A stretch of DNA of 64,000 nucleotides, taken from NCBI GenBank assembly GCA_050949565.1, contig JBMNFY010000017.1, positions 384,001-448,000 of the forward strand, given 5' to 3'. The notes under the pieces are model-generated. The model saw nothing but the letters and a program-made list of their open reading frames with translations, ran no database searches and had not been told where the DNA came from. The first letter of the stretch is position 1, and every line of letters begins with the position of its first letter. Shown here piece after piece: positions 10,371-17,843 of the stretch. A program made the translations under genes and the position numbers. This stretch comes from Kiritimatiellia bacterium (lineage in GTDB: Bacteria; Verrucomicrobiota; Kiritimatiellia; RFP12; UBA1067).

Positions 10371-11346
10371 AAGCGGCGGCCAGCAGGCAGAGCAACGCGG
10401 GAATGAGGAAGAGCTGATAACGCTCCTGATAGCGATTTTCGATCTGCTCTTGCTGATCTTTAGCGGCGATGTGCGGCAGCAGATAACGGCGATAGATCGC
10501 ACCGAGCGTGGTGTGCGCCGTGCCGGCCGTGCCGAGCGGGACGTAGCGGCCACCGGAAGCGTCGGCAATCGCGGTAAGCGTTTCGCTCATCAGGCGCGTC
10601 TTGACGGCACTGCCCTTGAATTGCTGAACCCCCTGCCCACCCTCGCCGGGAATGGTGGCACCGGTTTCATCGCCGATGCCGACCGTGAAAATGGGGATAT
10701 TGCGGCGGGCGGATTCGGCGGCGGCTTCCAACGCATCGCCTTTGAGATCCTCGCCGTCTGAAATGAGCAGGATGGCGTTGTACTCGTCGAACGCAGGATC
10801 GAGCGCCTCCAGCGATTTACGGATGGCATCGCCGAGATTGGTCTCGCCGCGCGGGGCTGACTCCGGCGAGACGCCGTCGAGTGCCTGGCGCAGGAAAGCG
10901 TAATCGGTGGTGAGTGGACAGAGCAAGCTACCTTTACTGCGGAAGGCAAGCAGCGCGGCGCGGTCGCCCTTCAGATCATCGATCAGATCCATGATATCGG
11001 CCTTGGCGCGCTCCAGCCGGTTGGGGTGAACATCGGTAGCGAGCATTGAGCGCGAGACATCAAGCGCGATCATCAGATTTCGGCCGCGCGTGAAGACCTT
11101 CTCATCCTTGCGCCCCCATTGCGGCCGGGCGGCGGCGAACACCAGCAAGGTCAGACCGATCATCACCAGCGAGAACTGCGCATAGAAGGCACTCGTCGAG
11201 TGCGCGGGCACCAGCTTTGGCTGCAACGTCGGCGCGATCAGCATCGCCAGCCGTCGCTGCGCACGCCGGTACAGCCAGAGCCACAACATTCCGATCAGCG
11301 GGACGAGCGAAAGCAGAAGCAGTAAAAATGGATAAACAAAACGCAT
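10348..11346 (-). CDS. batB: BatB-like vWA domain protein (5' part of probable BatB-BatC fusion)
   Basis: AAARPQWG, ALDVSRSMLATDVHPNRLERAK (MIDAS), CPLTTDY, LLISDGED. Confidence 0.85.
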   Translation of the reverse strand: MRFVYPFLLLLLSLVPLIGMLWLWLYRRAQRRLAMLIAPTLQPKLVPAHSTSAFYAQFSLVMIGLTLLVFAAARPQWGRKDEKVFTRGRNLMIALDVSRSMLATDVHPNRLERAKADIMDLIDDLKGDRAALLAFRSKGSLLCPLTTDYAFLRQALDGVSPESAPRGETNLGDAIRKSLEALDPAFDEYNAILLISDGEDLKGDALEAAAESARRNIPIFTVGIGDETGATIPGEGGQGVQQFKGSAVKTRLMSETLTAIADASGGRYVPLGTAGTAHTTLGAIYRRYLLPHIAAKDQQEQIENRYQERYQLFLIPALLCLLAAACFQSRTV

Positions 11347-11354
11347 CGTGGAAC

Positions 11355-11386
11355 AGTTAGGAGTTAGGAGTTAGGAGTTAGGAGTT
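11355..11386. repeat. Tandem heptamer arm (AGTTAGG)x4.5
   Basis: Direct reading; reverse complement of the CCTAACT/CCTAAAT arms at 11811-11835 and 11931-11962; contains the stop codon of the four-helix-bundle gene. Confidence 0.9.
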
Positions 11387-11784
11387 GTGTAAAGGGATTC
11401 GGGGTCGAAGTCTGGGGATTCACACACGGAATTGTCTTTCTCATGAAGGGTCTTGGTTGTGGCCGAGAGAATGCGCACAAGCTCATCACAATCGTTGAAC
11501 AAGGGACCAAAGGTAGCGGTCGGGATGTAATCGGTATCATGCAAAAGACGTAGCCAATACCGGGTCTCCAAGGATTCCTTGAAGGCGATTTGAATCTTCG
11601 CCGCAAAGTCCTTTCTGGAGTATGCGCCGCTGGCCTCTTCGATATTGGCACCAATCGAAGTACCGCAACGCAGGATCTGCTTTGACAAAACGTACTCACT
11701 CCGTTCCTTGCACAGCCACTGGAAGAGCCTGACAATCCGAATGGCGAACGCATAGCTCTTCGTCTTTATCGGCGTGTCTCTCAT
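11371..11784 (-). CDS. Four helix bundle protein (TIGR02436 / 23S_rRNA_IVP / Avd-like)
   Basis: KSYAFAIRIVRL...LSKQILRCGTSIGANIEEA...SRKDF..K.QIA.KE..ETRYWL family signature; AAGGAG RBS. Confidence 0.9.
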   Translation of the reverse strand: MRDTPIKTKSYAFAIRIVRLFQWLCKERSEYVLSKQILRCGTSIGANIEEASGAYSRKDFAAKIQIAFKESLETRYWLRLLHDTDYIPTATFGPLFNDCDELVRILSATTKTLHEKDNSVCESPDFDPESLYTTPNS

Positions 11785-11810
11785 GTCAACTCCTTGTTCC
11801 TTCTGTTTCC

Positions 11811-11962
11811 AACTTCTAACTAACTCCTAACTCCTTGCCTATAACTTGAGCGTTAAAAGTTGAACGTTGAGCGTTAAAAGTTTTTTAACTCTGAACGCTG
11901 AACGTCGAACGCTGAACGCTGAAGTCGAAAACTCCTAAATCCTAAATCCTAACTCCTAACTC
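11811..11962. repeat. CCTAACT heptamer arm interrupted by a ~95-bp GTTGAGC/GAACGCT inverted-heptamer element
   Basis: The nested element at 11829-11923 recurs at 21927-22027 and 24135-24226. Confidence 0.85.
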
Positions 11963-11967
11963 CCCCC

Positions 11968-13005
11968 TCAGAGGAGCCTCCTCGTGAGGCTCATATTGAG
12001 GGTAAGTGCAATAGCCACGAGGGCGGCACCCCAGAGGAGGTAACGGACAAAGTGTTCGTCGAACCGCTGGTAGATTTCGCGGTCGATGCGGGTGGTTTCG
12101 AGAGAGTTGATCTCATCAAGCGCGGCCTCGAGCCCATCGTGATCGCGCACGCTGAAGTAGCGACCGGAGGTTTTGGATGCGATGGACTTAAGTTGCGTCT
12201 CGTCGAAGGTGGCGTTGGCGTAGGCGATGGTCTCGCGACCAAAGAGGTCGCGCGTCTTGAAAGGAGTGCGGGCGTTCGAGCCGACGCCGATGGTGTAGAC
12301 GCGGATACCGAGCTTGGCGGCTGCGTCGGCGGCCTGTTCGGGCGTGATGATGCCGGTGTTCGATTCGCCATCGGAAAGCAGGATGATGATGCGCGTTTCA
12401 GGCTCGGCATCAACCAGACGCGCGACACCCGTGGCGAGTCCGTCGCCGATCGCGGTGAGCGTCTCTTCTTGATCGATCGGCCGTCCTTGGGCATCGGTCT
12501 GCGCACGCGGAATCTCCACGCCCTTCAAGACATGCACAAGCGCACGGTGGTCGGCCGTGAGCGGTGCGCGCGTTGAGGCGTACCCGCCGAAGGTGACCAG
12601 TCCGATCAGATCATCGGGACGCGCTTCGACAAATTTTGCGAATGTCTCTTTCACCACTTCGAGACGTGTCTTCCACTCGTTTTGAGACGGCGAAAGATCC
12701 AACGCCTCCATGGAACCTGAAACGTCGACCACCATGCCGATGGCAATGGCATTGACTGAACGACGCGCGCGGGAAAGCGCGGTGCGTGGACGCGCGGCGG
12801 CAATAATCAACAGTAGCGTACCCACCAAAAAGAGCGGGGGCACAAGCGCAGCGGCGGTGGCGCGCCAACCGGCGGTTCGGGCGGGCAACCGGTGCGTCGC
12901 AGCAAAAAGCACACCTGTGCGCCGTCCGGTACGGTACAGGAACCAGACGGCAGCAGCCCAAGGCAGCAGCAGTAGGAAGGCTAAAGGTGTGGCGAAGGAC
13001 AACAT
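11968..13005 (-). CDS. batA: BatA vWA domain protein
   Basis: AAARPR, VVDVSGSMEALD, DLIGLVTFG, TAIGDGL, ILLSDGESNTG, ALDEINSLE. Confidence 0.88.
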   Translation of the reverse strand: MLSFATPLAFLLLLPWAAAVWFLYRTGRRTGVLFAATHRLPARTAGWRATAAALVPPLFLVGTLLLIIAAARPRTALSRARRSVNAIAIGMVVDVSGSMEALDLSPSQNEWKTRLEVVKETFAKFVEARPDDLIGLVTFGGYASTRAPLTADHRALVHVLKGVEIPRAQTDAQGRPIDQEETLTAIGDGLATGVARLVDAEPETRIIILLSDGESNTGIITPEQAADAAAKLGIRVYTIGVGSNARTPFKTRDLFGRETIAYANATFDETQLKSIASKTSGRYFSVRDHDGLEAALDEINSLETTRIDREIYQRFDEHFVRYLLWGAALVAIALTLNMSLTRRLL

Positions 13006-13015
13006 GAGTGATTGA

Positions 13016-13190
13016 GGATTTAGGAGTTAGGATTTAGGAGTTAGGATTTAGGAGTTGGAGTTGGGGCTTGGAGACAGAAGTGAGAGTTGGGGTGCGAAAA
13101 AAGAGGCGAGAGGTGAAAAGAGTAAAAGGTGTTGCGTACATGATTCATTCCTTAAAATTCCTAAATCCTAAATCCTAACTTCTAACTCCC
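13016..13190. repeat. Empty AGTTAGG/ATTTAGG inverted-heptamer cassette
   Basis: Left arm GGATTTAGGAGTTAGG... 13016-13062, right arm CCTAAATCCTAAATCCTAACT 13150-13190, enclosing ~85 bp. Confidence 0.8.
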
Positions 13191-14164
13191 TCTTGGGTGC
13201 GCTCTGAGTCCTCACGGATGTAGGTGCGGGCGCGGTCAGTGGCGGCGTCGGTCATCTCGGTCGTGGCCTTTTGGCCGGCGAACTTTACAAGGTCGGCGGA
13301 TTCGAGGAACGTTTTGAGCTTGGCTACAACTTCGGGCGTGAAAGAGGGATGATCGACGGCGACGGCGAGAAATTCCTGTGTGGTCTGCCCGGGGGCGCGG
13401 ATGCCGCGCGTGCGTTCAATGTAACGGCGCACCACCATGGTCAGCTCAATGTAAAACTCTTTGAAGAGCCCGCGGGTCGGCAGGTTGCGTCCCAACAGGC
13501 GTTGCAGTTCGAGCATGGCGCGGTCAGCAGGCGGCATACGGAATTCGCGCACACGCCGGTTGAGCCGGGTGAGGCCGAAGAGTGCGGCCGCGAGCGCGGC
13601 AACTCCGGCCAGCACCGCGACGATCCAGAGCGCGACCGTACGCGCGGTGGGCGGAACGTAAACCGGTTCGGGATTAACCTCCGGATCGCCGGTCACCGGC
13701 GGACGCGCGCCCTCGTCCGGGAAAATCACTGGCCGCGTGGCAAAGGTCGAGGAGTGAGAGGCGTCGGTCACAGTGACCGCGAAGGGTGCCAAGCGGTAAC
13801 GCTTGGCGGCCGGCTCGGGCACCAGCCGCCAGCGGTAGGTTTGACGCTTGCGCCCGTTGGCAGCGACGGGCTGGGCGGCGAAATCCTCAGCCATGCTGAA
13901 TCCGGCGAAGCGGTCGCGCAGATCCGGCAGCGTGACCTCAAGATGCTCCGGCGCCTCGACCGTGACGGTCAGCATGAAATCCCGGGCGGGGGAAACGCGC
14001 TCGGGCGCGGACTCAAGCTTGATCGCGACCTCGCCATGCGAAAGGTCGGCGGTAAAAGCGAAGAGAGAATGAATAGTTAAGAGATAATAACTAATAACTG
14101 CTAAAGCAAGCCATGTGGTTCGTGGCTGGCGTCTAAAAGATCGAAAATGTCGGATCCCAATCAT
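13175..14164 (-). CDS. Bat-operon membrane protein (BatD-like N-domain plus DUF4381-like C-domain)
   Basis: Signal peptide, TM helix, KEFYIELTMVVRRYIE...QTTQEFL...ADLVKFA motif typical of the gene between DUF58 and batA. Confidence 0.75.
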   Translation of the reverse strand: MIGIRHFRSFRRQPRTTWLALAVISYYLLTIHSLFAFTADLSHGEVAIKLESAPERVSPARDFMLTVTVEAPEHLEVTLPDLRDRFAGFSMAEDFAAQPVAANGRKRQTYRWRLVPEPAAKRYRLAPFAVTVTDASHSSTFATRPVIFPDEGARPPVTGDPEVNPEPVYVPPTARTVALWIVAVLAGVAALAAALFGLTRLNRRVREFRMPPADRAMLELQRLLGRNLPTRGLFKEFYIELTMVVRRYIERTRGIRAPGQTTQEFLAVAVDHPSFTPEVVAKLKTFLESADLVKFAGQKATTEMTDAATDRARTYIREDSERTQEGVRS

Positions 14165-14205
14165 CGCTATTAGTTATTAGTTATTCATTATTCGTTATTC
14201 ACTAT
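14068..14205. repeat. Empty AATAACT/TATTAGT inverted-heptamer cassette
   Basis: Left arm 14068-14100 (AATAACTAATAACTG), right arm 14168-14205 (TATTAGTTATTAGTTATTCATTATTCG...). Confidence 0.75.
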
Positions 14206-14208
14206 CCC

Positions 14209-15087
14209 CTATCTTTTCCGTGCGCGGCGGCGGAAGAGCGCGCGCACATCATCGATGTACGGGGCATCGGTGGAGAGTCGGATGAAATCAATGCCGGTGC
14301 GCCGCAGAAAACGCAGAAGCTGATCGTTTTCGGTAGCGGCCTGTGTGCGAAACGCCTCGCGCACCATGGCGGATGAGGTGTCGACCAGCAACAACTCGCC
14401 GGTCTCGGGGTCTTGCAACTCAATGAGGCCAACATCCGGCAGCGCGGCTTCGCACGGGTCTGAGATCGGGCAGGCGATGACGTCGTGGCGACGCGCGGTG
14501 ACGCGCAGTTCGCGTTCGTAGCCTGTGTCTTGGAAGTCTGAGACGAGGAACACCACGGCCTTGCGCTTCTGCACGTTGTTGAGGAAGCGCAGCGCAGCGG
14601 TGATGTCGGTGCGTTCACGGGTTTCGTCCGCCGCTAACACTTCACGCACGAGGCGCATGACCGCCGTGCGGCCTTTGCGCGGCGGGATGGATTTGAGGAT
14701 ACGGTCGCTGAACAGGATCAGCCCGATCTTATCCTGATTGCGAATTGCGGTCATGGCCAGCAGGCAGGTAATCTCGGCGGCAAGCTCTGATTTGGAGCGT
14801 GTACCGGAACCGAAAATCTGCGAGCCCGAGACGTCGACCAGAAAAACGACGGTGAGTTCGCGCTCTTCCGAATAGCGCTTCACATGCGGCAGGCCGGTAC
14901 GCGCCGTGACGTTCCAGTCGATCGACCGCACGTCGTCGCCGGGCACGTAGGCACGCACCTCGTCGAACTCGACGCCCTGCCCTTTGAAGACCGAGTGGTA
15001 GTCGCCGGAGAGGCGGTCGTCGATGAGATGCGTCGTGAGGATCTTGATCCTCCCGACCTGCTTCATCAATTCTGTCGTATCAATCAT
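14209..15087 (-). CDS. DUF58 domain protein
   Basis: GDYHSVFKGQGVEFDEVRAYVPGDDVRSIDWNVTAR, EERELTV...DVSGS. Confidence 0.92.
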   Translation of the reverse strand: MIDTTELMKQVGRIKILTTHLIDDRLSGDYHSVFKGQGVEFDEVRAYVPGDDVRSIDWNVTARTGLPHVKRYSEERELTVVFLVDVSGSQIFGSGTRSKSELAAEITCLLAMTAIRNQDKIGLILFSDRILKSIPPRKGRTAVMRLVREVLAADETRERTDITAALRFLNNVQKRKAVVFLVSDFQDTGYERELRVTARRHDVIACPISDPCEAALPDVGLIELQDPETGELLLVDTSSAMVREAFRTQAATENDQLLRFLRRTGIDFIRLSTDAPYIDDVRALFRRRARKR

Positions 15088-15089
15088 GA

Positions 15090-15188
15090 TAGAGTGAATA
15101 ACTAATAACTAATAGTGAATAACTAATAGTGAATAACTAATAGTGAATAACTAATGGTGAATAACTAATGGTGAATAACTAATAACTG
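15090..15188. repeat. Tandem heptamer arm (AATAACT/AATAGTG) ~13 units
   Basis: Direct reading; inverted partner arm at 15582-15612. Confidence 0.9.
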
Positions 15189-15203
15189 TGAGATTACGGA
15201 GAG

Positions 15204-15566
15204 TTAAGCGGGCGATTGTTTCTTGAGAGTAAGAAGGCTACTGGTCAACAAGCGAAGCATCTCTTCGCAATCTGCGTAAATACCCGAAAAATCGCGGTGT
15301 GCGAGATAGTCGGTTTCATGGAGTAGTTCAAGCCAAAAAGCGGTTTCCGATGCTTCTTTCAAGGCGATCTGGAGCTTCAAAATAAAATCCTTCCTGCTAA
15401 TGGCATATTTAGACTCAGCGATGTTTGCGCCGATACTTGTACCACTGCGCAGAACCTGTTTGGACAAGACGAACTCTCTCTTCTTTTCGGTTAAGAATTG
15501 AAAAAGTCGGACGATTCTAATCGCAAACGCTTTACTTTTTGTCTGAAGTACGCCATCGGTTTTCAT
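15204..15566 (-). CDS. Four helix bundle protein (TIGR02436 / 23S_rRNA_IVP / Avd-like)
   Basis: KSKAFAIRIVRL...LSKQVLRSGTSIGANIAES..AISRKDF..KLQIALKEASET.FWL; visibly more AT-rich than its neighbours. Confidence 0.9.
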   Translation of the reverse strand: MKTDGVLQTKSKAFAIRIVRLFQFLTEKKREFVLSKQVLRSGTSIGANIAESKYAISRKDFILKLQIALKEASETAFWLELLHETDYLAHRDFSGIYADCEEMLRLLTSSLLTLKKQSPA

Positions 15567-15613
15567 GCAAAATCTCTCCCAACTATTAGTTATTCATTAT
15601 TCACTATTCGTTT

Positions 15614-16597
15614 TTAGGGTACGGGGAGGGTGTTCAGGATGTCGGTGATGATTTTGTCGGTGGTGACCTCTTCGGCTTCGGCTTCGTAGGTGAGCATGAT
15701 GCGGTGGCGCAGCACATCGTGGGCGATCTCCTTGACGTCCTGCGGCGTGGCGTAAGCACGACCGTGCATCATCGCGTTGGCGCGCGCGGCCAGATTAAGG
15801 CAGAGCGTCGCGCGCGGCGAAGCGCCCATCTGAATCTGGTGCGTGAGCTTATCGAGTTTATGCGTTGCGGGGTCGCGTGTGGCGAGGACGATGTCGAGGA
15901 TGTAGTCGCCCACCTTTTCGTCGCAGTACACCTGATCGAGCGTGTCACGCAACGTTTGGACATCGGTTGCGGTGACGACAGCCTTGACCGACGCAGACTG
16001 CTTTTGAGTGAAGCGGTTCATGATGCGCCGCTCGTCATCGCGCGACGGGTGCGTGATGATACATTTGAGCATGAAGCGGTCGACCTGAGCCTCGGGCAAC
16101 GGATAGGTACCCTCCTGCTCGATCGGGTTTTGCGTGGCCATAACCAAGAAGGGCGCGGGCAGCGGATAGGTGTTTTCGCCGATCGTGACCTGATGCTCCT
16201 GCATCGCCTCAAGCAGCGCGCTCTGCACCTTGGCCGGGGCGCGGTTGATCTCGTCCGCCAACAGCAGGTTTGTGAAGACCGGCCCCTTCTTGGGCGTGAA
16301 GGTCGCATCCTTGGGGTTGTAGATCATCGTGCCGATCACGTCGGCAGGCAGCAGATCCGGCGTGAAGGAGATGCGCTGGAATTGCAGGCCGAGAGCCTGC
16401 GCCAGCGTTTTGACCGAAAGGGTTTTGGCAAGCCCCGGCACACCCTCAAGGAGGATGTGCCCACCGGTAATCAGAGCGATGAGAAGACGGTCAATCAGCT
16501 TCTCCTGCCCCACGATTACCTTGTTGACTTCTTGGCGGATCGCCGTCAACGTCTCGGCCTGCGCCGCGACTAGGTTAGTGGTTTTTTCTAAGTTCAT
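15614..16597 (-). CDS. moxR: MoxR family AAA+ ATPase
   Basis: GHILLEGVPGLAKT, RISFTPDLLPAD, LADEINRAPAKVQSALLEAM, ATQNPIEQEGTYPLPEAQVDRF. Confidence 0.95.
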   Translation of the reverse strand: MNLEKTTNLVAAQAETLTAIRQEVNKVIVGQEKLIDRLLIALITGGHILLEGVPGLAKTLSVKTLAQALGLQFQRISFTPDLLPADVIGTMIYNPKDATFTPKKGPVFTNLLLADEINRAPAKVQSALLEAMQEHQVTIGENTYPLPAPFLVMATQNPIEQEGTYPLPEAQVDRFMLKCIITHPSRDDERRIMNRFTQKQSASVKAVVTATDVQTLRDTLDQVYCDEKVGDYILDIVLATRDPATHKLDKLTHQIQMGASPRATLCLNLAARANAMMHGRAYATPQDVKEIAHDVLRHRIMLTYEAEAEEVTTDKIITDILNTLPVP

Positions 16598-16598
16598 T

Positions 16599-17771
16599 TT
16601 AATTAACTTGGGGCGCGGGCTTTGCCCCCGCATCGGGTTCTGCTTTAGGTTTCTCTTCTTTCTTAGGCGCTTCTTCTTTCTTCACCTCGGCCTTGGGCGC
16701 CTCCTCGTCCTTCGCCTCGTCCTTCGCCTCGTCCTTGGGCTCCTCCTTAGGTTTGACGAAATCGGCGCGGCTCTTGGTCATGTTCTCCGCGTTGTAGGAG
16801 GAGATCGCGTAGGCCCACTTGCCGGACTTGGCGTTGAAGTCGTCCACCTTCTTGGTGAGTGCGGCGTTTTCGGTCTCGTTCGTGCCGACCGGCGTGAAGG
16901 CGGCGTTCAGGCGGATGTAACGGTCGGTGCCGCCTTCAGCGACACCGCCGATCTTGGCGGTGTAGCGTTCGCCGTTCTTGAGGGCGACGGTAAAGACCGC
17001 GCCGGTGGTCAGGCCGAGTTGCTCGTCGGTGAGGGCGGGATCGACAACGGCGTTGAAATTCAGATAGCTGAGCGCCGACTCGACGCTGTAGGTCTTGGAT
17101 GTATCGAGTTCTTCCTTGTCGCCGAGGCCTTCCAGTGTCCAGGTGCCGTCCTTTTTGGCGAGCTTGACGGTTTTGCCATCGCGCGTCATTTCGGCGGCCG
17201 TCACGTCGGCCGAAGGCACCGAGGCAATCCGCGTATCGGTCCAGCTTTTGACATCGCCGTCAAAGGCATCGAGCGAATCCTTGACAAGCACCACGGTGTC
17301 GCTGCCGTCAGCCGCGACATAGCGCCCGTCCGGATAACCGCCGCCGCCGAACTGCGCCATTTCGCCTGTGGGCTGGCGCATGTGCTTGTCGCCGAGGCGT
17401 AGCGTAGCGAGCGATTTGCCGTCGGCGTTCTGCAGGTCGATCAAAATGGGGTCGTCCAGTTTCTTGCCGGAGGCCACATGGCCGGCCTTGAGATCGACGA
17501 GCTTGAGCAGGTTTTCCCGGATCTTGGTGATGTCGGCGGGATAGCCGTACAGCGATTCGATCACCCAGCCCGCATCGGTACTGGCGAGCACCAGCTTCTT
17601 GGCGGCGGGGCCGGCCTCGATCCGCGCGACCGCGCTGATGTCGAATTTCTTAACTACGGGCTTGCCGACAATCGAGGGGGCTTTCATTTTCCTGCTAGAG
17701 CTGCTGAGGTAGGCGAGCGCGACCAGTACGGCCGCAACAGCGGTAAGTATGATCAGTTTCTTGTTGGTCAT
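16599..17771 (-). CDS. DUF4340 domain protein
   Basis: N-terminal TM anchor, GWVIESLYGYPAD, LRLGDK; usual position after gldG-like gene; K/E-rich tail. Confidence 0.75.
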   Translation of the reverse strand: MTNKKLIILTAVAAVLVALAYLSSSSRKMKAPSIVGKPVVKKFDISAVARIEAGPAAKKLVLASTDAGWVIESLYGYPADITKIRENLLKLVDLKAGHVASGKKLDDPILIDLQNADGKSLATLRLGDKHMRQPTGEMAQFGGGGYPDGRYVAADGSDTVVLVKDSLDAFDGDVKSWTDTRIASVPSADVTAAEMTRDGKTVKLAKKDGTWTLEGLGDKEELDTSKTYSVESALSYLNFNAVVDPALTDEQLGLTTGAVFTVALKNGERYTAKIGGVAEGGTDRYIRLNAAFTPVGTNETENAALTKKVDDFNAKSGKWAYAISSYNAENMTKSRADFVKPKEEPKDEAKDEAKDEEAPKAEVKKEEAPKKEEKPKAEPDAGAKPAPQVN

Positions 17772-17843
17772 GGAACAATCCTTTTAAACGGTGAAAGTGA
17801 GTTCCGGCGGCGGGCACGGCAACGCGCCTGCCGCCGGTGCATG

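Noticed and set aside
11355-11386. TTAGG-like runs as telomeric or eukaryotic contamination
   Set aside because: The period is 7, the runs are internal, paired as inverted arms and integrated with bacterial stop codons
11371-15566. DGR (Avd) or rRNA intervening sequence
   Set aside because: No reverse transcriptase, TR/VR pair or rRNA sequence in the window; only the protein family is shared
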